From the NCBI GenBank assembly GCA_016748015.1, contig JAAOMT010000502.1, positions 620,001 through 684,000 on the forward strand: a stretch of 64,000 nt of DNA, in the 5' to 3' direction. This document shows positions 25,173 to 36,264 of the stretch, one piece after another. Each line of letters opens with the position of its first letter. Positions within the stretch are counted from its first letter, which is position 1. Under the pieces are notes generated by a model, which was not told the DNA's origin, did not search any database, and saw only the letters and a program-made list of their open reading frames with translations. Both the position numbers and the translations under genes were made by a program. Source of the DNA: Geosiphon pyriformis uo1. Its lineage: Eukaryota > Fungi > Glomeromycota.

Positions 25173-26139
25173 TGTTACCAAAGGTTTTTGGTCTCTTTTT
25201 TTAAATGTTGTTAATGTTGATTTGCTGTTAATTCACGTTCTCAGAAAGTAGTTGGATCTCCAGTAACTGAATTTTATCTTTAAATTATCTCCTATAATTT
25301 GAACTATTGGGCTTATAAGTGGAATGGCCAATTCTGTACCAGTTACTTTGTGTAGTTACATTGTAGTAAACATCAACTCTTTCCCAGGAATTGCTCATTT
25401 AGAAGCTTACTAAAAATGTGTAGTTACTTTGCTGTGAAAGTCAACTTTTCTACAGGAATCTTGTCTGTAGGCTACCCTAATGATTATAATAAAAAAAAAA
25501 GAAAAATAAAGAAATGTAAAAGAAATAAGAATTTTATCAAGAGAAACGTTTTCTATCCAGGCCTGAAGTCACTAACAGATTACTGAAATTGGTAGCTAAT
25601 CAATTTTAAAATGTTAGTTGTGTTGAGAGAATTTCAAGTATAATAATTTAAGAATTTGGTTTTTCAAATATTTTAATTTTTATTTGATTTTGTAAAAGAT
25701 GATTTGTTTCAATTAAGATATTTGAAGTAAGTTACTATGGTAAGATATAAGAAAATACATTTTTTTGAAGAGAGAAGCTCTTCTTTTATACAACTTGTTA
25801 TAGTACTAGTCTTTGAACTTGCATTTTTCTCTTTGTTCCAATTTTAGTAAATTAAAGATACATTTTGGTAAATTACAAGTTATTTTTACGAATTATTAAT
25901 TATTTCGGCCAATTTTTCATTAATTTCGGCGAATTTTGACTATATTAAATGGTTCAAAGTATTGTGTAATTTGATCATCTCAATTTTTATAGTACAAATC
26001 GAGTTATTGATTGAGTAATAATATTTAATAATTTGGCTAATTAATAAGTGATAATTGAAATGATAATAATATGCTACTTAATAATAGGAATTATGAAAAT
26101 AATTTCGTACTAATTAATAGCTAAATTTCACTGGTAATA
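25173..26139 (-). repeat. G3 5' LTR
   Basis: TGTTAC...GTAATA; direct repeat of 16520-17486. Confidence 0.95.
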
Positions 26140-29100
26140 CCAAACCAAGGCACAAGACAGTATTGGACACCCAGCTTTTCAATACAAATCTCTTGGCTAA
26201 CAACATATACAGACTACCAAAAAATTCAGCTTTACTCAAGAATTGTACTACCTTACTTCTCACAGCAGAATCACCAGCCATCTTATACCACTTCACACCA
26301 ATATTCGACAATATATTCAGTCTGGCAATGTTATCATACATACACAAAAACAAGTAATCAGAGTCTTCAACCATTCCACACCTAATGTACACTATGCTAG
26401 GATATTTAGAATCATACAACCTCTTTTTCATGACAACTGGCAGTTGACAATGCAGAGACTTTATAAGGTAAGACCATAGAGAAGCAGAAGATAAACTGGT
26501 ATAACCAAAACAAATCTCACCATCAGGGTGCCAAACACTAAAGAACTTAAATGAGTTGATGTCACCAGCAAAACTAACATCAATAATATTGGTGCCAAAT
26601 CTGAACTCCCAACTGACAAAATTGATGGCTTCAAACAATTTTCTAACAAAATAATGTGCATTCTCAAAAACAGACCTGTTCTTAACACTAAGGAAGTAAC
26701 ATGGCACACTTAGAGGCAACACAGACTTAAACAAAGTTGCTGTATTTGCAAAAAAATCTGCTCACTTATTCTTGACAATGCCTGAATGTTCTTTGACTTT
26801 TTTCCACATGACTGACAAATTTTTTTTTTGAAATAGCTTGATGAATATGCTCTTTCTTGATCTAGCATTTAAGTCAAAAATCAGGACCAAAACCACCCAC
26901 ATCAAACTTGCATATATTCAATAACACCTGACTGTCTATAAACAAGATGACTGTGCTAGAGTTAGGAACACACTCCAATGCTAAAGCAATGGCTTGCAGC
27001 TCTACCAGTATAGAGGACAGTAATCTAAGAACTTTCACACAATACTTATATTAGCTTTTAGAAAATAAGCTGTAGCACCACCACAAGCACCAATAGACCC
27101 CAAACCTTTGACAAAACCATCCATGTAAACATTAATGGATCCATGCTTGGTGGCAAGCAACCACTCAGAAACAAAACCAGTATCACAAACAAAATTGGCA
27201 AGAGCAAAACTGGATGTCATAGCCACATCATTGTTCAAACCACTGTTTTTAATAAAATTGGCAACAGAAACAAACCAGGTAGGAATTGGACTTTTGAAGT
27301 TAAGTCTCTTCTATCTGCAAAAAGTGTTCTAAGTAAAACACATGCCATAACAATCCAACAGTTGGTTGGCAAAAATGAAGCCATATTTCCTGAGAGAATA
27401 TCTCACACCCAGATAACCACTCATGCCCAGCACATTTAGGATTGGCACACTAGTTTCAGCCCTAAAAACGTTAGCACCACTCAAGGAAGTGTTGTACAAA
27501 GTAAGAGTGTACATAACACCAGCTAAAAAACAATTCAAAAAACTAATAGGTAATATAACCAGAAAACAGAGAGGATGCTGGGGCATTCAGCTGGTTATCT
27601 GTAAGTCCATTATTCTGTGGTCAAAAAACATGCTGAGAATCCCACCAACATTGCTAAAATTGACCAGATTGGCCATCAAACTTTTAGTAAGCACTTGCTC
27701 AAAAGACTTCAGACCATACAACTCAGGATGATGCAATATCACATTAAAAAAGTCTTTAGGCAAATTTATCTTGAACTTAAGTCTCTTTCTCAATAACTTG
27801 TTCTATTTTTTACAAACACTCTTAGAAGTAAAGCTAAATTAAAGTCTGTAACAAACAATAGGCTGCAAGACAACAGAAACCAGATACAAAAATTGTTTCT
27901 TAATAATGGCTTTCCTCAGAACCACATTTGAAAAAAATTTGACATTGGCATAAGCCTTGGCTAGACTTAACTTGGACAAGCTCTTAGTAGACAAAAAAAT
28001 TCTCAAATAACAATGAGATTCATTCCTCTTAGCCACAGAAATTCTTGACTCATTAATGGATAGTTCTGCTTTTTGGACACCTTGATTAATAAGAATGGCA
28101 ACAGTTTTATTAATATTTATTAAAATGTCATTAATAGAAAAAAACTCACTAACTATGTTTAAAATGTTTTGTATCACCATTAAGCAGTTTTCAATCCAAA
28201 TTGTGTTATCAACAAAGGCACCTGTGACAAAGAATGAAGTATTGCCACTACTCAGGTCAGGCTTACCAGACTTAGTGTAGAACTTTGAGCACATTCTGTA
28301 GCCATACAAATGTTCATGTTTTTTGACTTCACAGAGCAATGGGTCATAAAAAATTTGTTACAGTAGTGGTAAAAACACCTCCTCTTGATCTAGACTATTA
28401 TGCACAATATAATCATCAAACAGACCAAAATTTATCATAACCCAATTGAATCTATCATTGTGTATACCACCAAAGAAGCTTATGAAACAAAGGCACATTT
28501 TGATGCTGACTAAACTATTATGCAAATGGGTCCAACCAACAGAGTTATATGCTTTGTACATATTTTGAAGAACTAATCATAACTCTTTGTTCTTCTTCAA
28601 AATGTCTTTAACAATTGAACCAACAGCAAAAATGGGGGATTGTATAAAAATGCTCTTCAATACTGAGAAGTTGTCACTATGCAAAACATCACATCTGCTG
28701 CAAGCCAAAGAGATTCTGTCTGAAAGAATCTTAAACAAAATCTTTTGTGCAGTCTCAACCAGTACTATTGGCCTAGTGTTGATGAGAGTATTCTCCCAAT
28801 TGTATAGTTTAAGAATCATAGAAACCCAAGATTTCTTTCACTGTGTAAGAACCCCACCAGATTTTAAACACCCATTGAAAATGCTCAGAAGACTATTAAA
28901 AACTAGAAAATCACTGTGCTTTCAGAGTTTGTTGGAAATTCTAGAAAGCCCAGCAGTCTTATCATCAGACAAGTCCTTGACAACCTCCAAAAGTTCATTT
29001 AAACTAATACCACACATGACTTCTGAGAATATATCATCATCAACATAATCTAAAGAAGCATATTGGTTAAGCCACCAACCTGAAAGAATACCAGAGACCA

Positions 29101-30510
29101 AGTGTTTTCTCATCCAATCTTTTATTATAGTATCAACCAAAGACTTGACAGTCTGAGACTCCAAGATAAGCTTATCATCAATGATTAAATAATCAAGAAC
29201 TACCTTTTTGAAGGGCTGATCCAGAATGTTTTTTATCATCCTCTCCTTATTTGAGCAGAAATTTTCTATACGCTTTGTCACAGCCACTTTAATAGACTCA
29301 TCTTTGATAACCTTAGATTCATGATATTTGGATCTGTAATATCTTTTTTTGACAACCAAAATATGACATACAATATTCTCAATCCTAGTACCTTTATTGA
29401 TCATAATTTGAATCTTGAATGCCCCTTCATTATCTATGCCTGCCCAAGTATTAACAAAACAGTCAGTTTCTAAACTCAGACTTGTCTTCATACTATTAAC
29501 AATCTTGGACATCAGCAACTCTAACCCATGAAATTTTGAAGAAATCTTGTTTTTCATACTATTGAATTCATTAAACCAGAGTTTAGAAAAGATTTTATCA
29601 GCAGAATCAATTGTCACTTTTTTAAGAACATTCCACATAGCATCCAAATTACCATTACATTCTGCATTATGAAACACAACTGATCTTTTCAAAAACTTGT
29701 TTGAAAAACACTCCATAAAACATCCCCAGCCATTGACATCCACATTTTTTAGCTTGAATTTCCAGCAATTTTTATTAGCATATCTACATATGCCATTCAA
29801 ATGCATGTTCAAAAGATCATCCAAGCCTATTGAGACTAAAACAGCTCTGTAATCAGTATTAAAAAACTCAGTCACAGATTCCACTTTGTAGCTGGCTACA
29901 GCTGAGATTAGACTCTCATTAACAAAGATGTGATCAATGACTTTTTCAATGCCTTTTGAGTTGCTCCATGTAGAAACTCCAGCCAAAGAATGTCCACCAA
30001 AAGAATTGACCAAACTTAGACCTGAACAGAATCCAAAACTTGCACTTTTCATAGACTTGCTTTCATTAAAATCACCATCCAAAACAATAAAATTACTGGA
30101 ATTGACCACTCAAGCTATGAAAGAATTAATACCAAATGCCTGTCCAAACCAGTCACCAGGAGAAGCACAAGTGTACAAACCAATAATTGTGACCAAAACC
30201 TTGCCTTTGAAAAGGAGATGCACCAAAATAACATGATTAGGAATTTTCTCCATCTTGGAAACATGTTGAGCCAGAGAATTGTTCATAACTATTACCATCC
30301 CAGTCCTAAGATACCCATTATCCAGACCAGATGTGAAAATGTGCACTTTATCAAATCTGTTCATAATCTATTAGACCTTAATTTTGTTTCTGTAACAATA
30401 AATACCATATTTCTGAACTCTTTGTGCCAATAAACAATGTCTTTCTGCTTAGTAGGGACATTGAGACCCTGAACATTACATGTAGCAAACTTTCACACTA
30501 GCTTTATCAT
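26140..30510 (-). pseudogene. LINE-A ORF2 (APE endonuclease, RT, RNase H, C-terminal Cys motif); last part continues at ~16215-16519
   Basis: GDFNE and IDHIFV (APE), TRPIVLVE, KAYNSV, LDQEEVFLPLL, AFVDNT (RT), VYMDG (RNase H). Confidence 0.9.
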
Positions 30511-32371
30511 TGAGAAAAGAGAGCAGCAGAAACCAAACAAGCATTGTCTATTTTGGCTGAAAAACCCATAACCATAATTGTAAGATTATTTAAAGTGTTT
30601 TTTATTTTTCCAATAACAGAAGAATCAAAAACCACTGCTCTCACAACAGTCTCACCACTAGTGGCCACACCCAAACTCTTATTCATTACTATATCCACCC
30701 CTTGATTCTGTGATAAAGAGGTTATCAATGGCTGACATCTAGGACTAAGCTGAGAAACCATTGACTCAGATGCATTCAACCTCTTAGCCAGCATATCAAC
30801 ACACTTTGTGAGACTGGTAAGACTGCATTCAAGAGTGGCAAACTTATTATTGATTTCCATTGCAACCAGTAGGAATGGCTTCATTTCCAAAGAAAAGCCA
30901 ATATTTAGCAAAACAATCCGGCCAGAGAGAAAGAGAAAAGAAGATCTACCAGCTACCTTAGCCCAAAAAAGACCACCAAAAGAAACAGAATGAGCAACCG
31001 GAGCAGATTGTTTGGCATATATTGCAGCCAGTCTGCTTTTATCTGCATCTGAAAGCATTCTACACAATGAGCTACCAGAAGAAATTTTCTCACTCTCAGT
31101 ACAGCTTAATGATATATGACCTGGCTTCCCATACTTGACACATCTGGCAGACATGAGACTAAACCAATGTAAATTAGTGTCCCTTAGCACCAGTGTGGTT
31201 CTCATGACAGCATTTAATGATTCAGCAGAATTGAAACAAACAACAGCACACCTAATCTAAGCATATGTAACTGGATGACAATTGATAATACAAGTTTTCT
31301 CACCCACAGATCTAATAAAGTTCCAGATATTATGAGCATTAGTTCCCATTGGCAGTGTATAGAGCAGCATCTTGTGATGATCTCTCACATTCCATGATTA
31401 TTTGTCTGAATCAGTCCTAACAACACACACAGCATCTTTCCCAATTAAGATAGACCACTTGGCTGTAACCAAATCAGCATAATTTGATTGCTCAAATTCT
31501 ACCACTGCTTTCTGTCACAGCCCTACCAATTGTATCTTGATTGACTTAATCATTCCAAACTCGGATAGTGCAGCATGCACAGCCTCAGCTAATATTCCAA
31601 CAGAAATTTTTTTTACCACCACAGCCCAATCTGAACGACTAGATGATCTCTTGAGATTAGTGTTTACCAAAATATTTGCTGCTCTTGCCTTTTCTATAGC
31701 CTGTACCAAACTGGATTTGAAAGTGAAGAATGCATAAATGATCTCTAAGAATTTTGAGGGAGTAGAGGTCCTCCCAAAACCATTGATTTTTGAAAATAAT
31801 TTTCTGACTATTACTAGCTTTTTCTAAGAAGATTTTCCAGCCACCTTATTCAGCCCAATATCTATGACAAAAGATTTCTGAACAGAAACATTGACCAAAT
31901 TCTTCAAAAAAGGAAAGAAAACCACAGGAGTATCTGAAAAAATATCATCATTATTAATATTATCCAAGAAGTTGATTTTTCCCAATGGCTTATTCAGGGC
32001 TTTTTTGGTAACCAATCTTGGACTCTTTGGTGTTTGATTAGAATTACCTTCTACAAACAAACTTTTTTCACCATAATTTATACTGGTTTCTTTTATCAAA
32101 CACTCCTCTTCCATATTAATACTATTAGATTTAGTAGTATCACCAGCTTCAGATCCTCAAGAACTACCAATAGCTTTTTCAGACAAGACCAGTTCATTAG
32201 TAGTACCATCCTTTAAAATACCACCTTTTTTTTTTTTTCTAGAAGCAATATTCTTTTTAATGTTCTCTTCACTATTAACAGAACAAAAGCCTTTAACAGA
32301 CTTTTTTATTACAGCAATACTACAGCCAACAGTAGCCTCATAATTAAGCAAAAAAGATTTGGATTTATCAT
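30507..32371 (-). pseudogene. LINE-A ORF1 (RRM-like domains, CCHC knuckle, coiled coil)
   Basis: Homologous to LINE-C ORF1; CVKYGKPGHISLSC knuckle. Confidence 0.85.
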
Positions 32372-32459
32372 ACTAAATTGTAAAAAACTTCTTTTAGAAA
32401 AAAACTTTTAACTCTTTTTTGGAAATTTTGGATAAAGAAGAAAAAGAAGTTTTTATTTA

Positions 32460-33650
32460 TTATTATTGAAGTTAAAATATTATAAAAGTAAAAAAAAACT
32501 AATTATTATACTAAAAAAATTAAATATTAAATGTTATCTATTATTATTATTTAAATCTTTATTTATTATATAAAAAGTTTAATAATTAAAATCTTTAAAT
32601 AATTAATATTATTATAATATTAAGTTATAGAATTAATTATAGTCAAAATTTATTTATAATACTAACAACAAAAAAATAAAAAATTAATAATTAGCTTAAT
32701 TATAATCATTAATAAAAATTGTTAATTAATATATATATTTGATAATAATAAATTTATTATGCTTTAAAATTCTTATATTTTTTTATTTAAACAATTTAAT
32801 ATTTTAAATTTGTAATTATTATTCAAAACTAATTATTAAAAAATATAATTAATTGATCTGTTTTTAATTATGTTAATAATAATTATAATTAATATTTTAG
32901 ATTAAGTTATCTAAATTTAATTATTTTAATTATTAGCTTTTAGAAAAATAATATATTAAATAAATTTAAACCAAATTAATATAATTAAATTAATATAATA
33001 TATAAATTTTATATAATTTAGCTATATATATAGTTTTTTTATAAGTTAAAAAAGTATTAGTTTTATATTAATTTAATTTTTTATTTTGTTTTATTATAAA
33101 CAATAGTTTTTTTTTGTTCTGAATTTTATTTTATTTTATATATTTATTTATTTTATTATAAACAAACTTTAATTATGTATCTTTTATTATATTATAAAAA
33201 AATATTTCTATTATAATTTATTTATTTAAAATAATATAATATAACAAAATATTTTATAAAAACATATTAATTAAACATATTATCTTAAATTTATGTTTAC
33301 TATTTTATAACTTTTTAATAATTTTTTTTATTTTTATTTTTTAAATTAAATATTTAAAAACCTTATTTTTTTAATAATTAATTAAAAAATTTTAATTCAA
33401 TTTTAATATAATAATTTTAGTTTTTTTTAATAATTTAATTTGTTTTTTGTGTCTTTAATAAGAATTGATTATTATTTTTTAAAAAACTTATCTAAACTAG
33501 TTTTTATTAAAAACAAATAATAATAAGTTTATTATTTTTTTGTTTTATAAACTTTTTTATAAATCTGTGTTTTTTTTGTAATTTAAAATAAATTCATATA
33601 ATTAAAATTACATTATAGTTAAAACAATAATAATATATAATATATATATA
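32460..33650. other. Extremely AT-rich low-complexity spacer
   Basis: Almost no G/C, no ORFs, short (TA)n at ~33635-33655. Confidence 0.7.
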
Positions 33651-33654
33651 TATA

Positions 33655-36120
33655 TTTTTTTTTTATGTTTAATGAATAAAGTCCAAATACTGCCTAGTAC
33701 CATACATTATACAAATGATCTAAACTAGGTGTGAATCATGTATTTTCTACACATGACCAGTCATTTAGACTAATTAGAACAACACTAAATATTTATATGA
33801 ACAGAGACTGTATTTCTTATACCTAAGAAAAACAAACAAGATTTACAAAACCCAAAACCCATATCTACTGCCTTAGCAATACTTAATAATTTAATTATAT
33901 TGTTATGAGTAAACTTGATGGGGTAGAAAAATGGTAACATTTGGTGCTCTCAATTATTACTAATGCATGTTTCATATAATTTTCTGGCTTAGTTTTGATT
34001 ATCAGTCTTTGAAGATCTTATTTACTGGTTGTGATTTTACCTGTTAAGTTCTTTAGTTATAAGGTGCAGAGATTTGGTTTTCGCTGATTGCAACTTTTTT
34101 AAAAATCTGAGCTATCTTTTCTGAGCTAACAAGCACAGTTATTAGGGTCTGGCATTGTCTTTTTGTCCTTCTAGTAAGCTAACAAGATAATATTAATATC
34201 CAAAACTTAGGAAGAGCCTTTCTCTTTTACCAGGCTATCACAAAGTCTATTCCTAGACAGTCAATTTTTCTATGTTGCTACTACACAAGAGAAAAATAAA
34301 AAAATAAAAAAAAATAAAATAAGAAATAAGTACCCTGTTAATAGCTATAATTAAGAGCTATTGTGCCAGCAGGTTAAGTAGTAGATAATAACATGAATTT
34401 GAAGAATTGAAAAGATATTTTATTGATATAATTCTATTTTGGTTGATAGCAACTATTCTTGAAAAGAGAAGTATTTAATAATTATAACCTGCGAATCTAA
34501 TTGACTTCTAAAAGTCTAATTTTCTTTTTGGATGTCTTTCTAACTTCTACAACTATTCATTTTTATACATTTTTTTTGTTTTACAAGATTGCTTTCTGAC
34601 TGTTCTATTATTGCTAACTATTGCTTTGCTATTTCTGTAATTACTTCATTTTTTATGTTATTATTAGTTATTCTATATTATAATATGTTATCTGGTATTA
34701 TTATATGTTATTCTGTGTTATCCCACATTATAATGCATTATCCTGTGTTATTCTAAGTTATAACGCATTATCCAATGTTATTGCATGCTATTCTGTATTA
34801 TGTCACATTTTGGTCATGTTTTTTCATAATTTAGATCAGTTTTTCTACTTAGGTAACAATGCCAGCCGAAAACATTGAAAAAAAACCTGAAACTGGAACA
34901 AAAATAGAACCATCATGTAGAATCAAAATTTTTCTCCATAAAAGCTCAGTGCTTGGTACAAATCAACCAGATATCTTCTCAGAATGTAAGACAAAATTTG
35001 TGCACAAAATTTACAACACATTGACTTGCAATCTTAGAATCTTTGAAAACCAAAACAGACTTATGATACTAATTATTAAAAACAAAACCCTTGAACAAAA
35101 CTGTGCTAACTGCAATATTGGAAACACAAGTAAACAACAACTGCAAAACACAAAAAGAAGAATGAAATAAACCAAAGTGCACACCCCAGGCTGATGCATG
35201 GATGTCTAACAACTAAGCACAACCAGCAACATCAAACAGGCAAAAAAGGCATGGTCTGAAACTTTGACATCACCATAGAACAAACAAACCATACTGAAGT
35301 ACTGCTTATTATATAGTCACTTATGCACAGCAACAGAAAGCCAATAATGAAGAGCTTTTATAAAATATGTTTGAAAACCAGCAGTCTATTTATTGATAAA
35401 ACCAGCCACTAAGTAAGAATCAGGATGCCACATCAAAAACAACCTGAACCAATCAATATTTACATGCATACTGTTTGTTACCACCCAAGAACCAGAACTA
35501 GTTTCCCAACACACACAATAAACAGACTGAAAAACCTTTCAAACAAAATATCTAAAATTACCAGAAACAGCAATACTACTGGCTCTAAGATAATATTTAC
35601 TGACTAAATAAGGTAGATGTTAATTGGAAACAGCAGCCACTTTGGTAAACATATTAGCACATTCATTGCTTAAAATGCCAGAGTAACTTTTAATCTTATG
35701 TCAACTAATATCTAAATTTTTATGATAAATAACACTTACAATATGGTAATATTCGATCCAAAACTGATTCTTGAAATCCAGACAAACCAACTTCAAATCT
35801 GATTTGCATATATCCAAAGCCACCTGGCTGTCCATGAACAAATCCACAGAATGAAAAAAGAGAACACACTTAAGAGCCAAAGCAATGATCTGTAGTTCTA
35901 CCATGATGAAAAACAACAGACCAGAAATCTGTACACCCAAACCCAAATTAATGTTCTTAAAAAAAACAGCTGTACTAGCTTTTACACTAAGAGTTCTCAA
36001 ACCACTCAAACAACCATCCATATAGACAGAAAAATAGCCAGTATTAGCATATAACAGTTTGTTTTCACTGACATTAAACTCATAAAACTGAAGAATATTT
36101 AAAGAATCATAACTACCCAT
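33655..36120 (-). mobile_element. LINE-B: 5'-truncated LINE (RNase H to 3' end), interrupted by a solo LTR
   Basis: 3' UTR at 33665-33790 matches LINE-C 36150-36270; RNase H VYMDG..ELQIIALAL..FMDSQ in ORF 35701-36120. Confidence 0.87.
33901..34858 (-). repeat. Solo LTR related to the G1 LTR, with a 15 x 10-bp phased array
   Basis: TGTTA...GTAACA ends; flanks ATAT / ATGC (possible decayed 4-bp TSD); 34330-34370 matches G1 LTR 15455-15495. Confidence 0.75.
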
Positions 36121-36264
36121 ATATATTTTTTTATTTTATTTTTTTATTTTAACAAATGAGGTCCACACACAATCTAGCACTATACATCAAAGAAATGATC
36201 TAAACTAGGCATGAATCATGCACTTTCTACACGTGACCAGCCACTCGGGCCAGTTAGAACAACA

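Larger units (their letters stand above)
16520..26139 (-). mobile_element. Ty3/gypsy LTR retrotransposon G3 (full length, dUTPase-bearing), nested in LINE-A ORF2
   Basis: 967-bp LTRs at 16520-17486 and 25173-26139; perfect 4-bp TSD CCAA (16516-16519 / 26140-26143); PPT AAGAAGGAAATTA (minus, 17487-17499); PBS-like TAGGGCTCTCTC (minus, 25159-25170). Confidence 0.96.
16080..32460 (-). mobile_element. LINE-A: near full-length non-LTR retrotransposon (ORF1; APE-RT-RNase H-zinc finger), interrupted by G3
   Basis: T-rich tail at ~16080, conserved 3' UTR 16100-16215, ORF2 motifs on both sides of G3, ORF1 30507-32371, 5' UTR similar to LINE-C. Confidence 0.9.
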
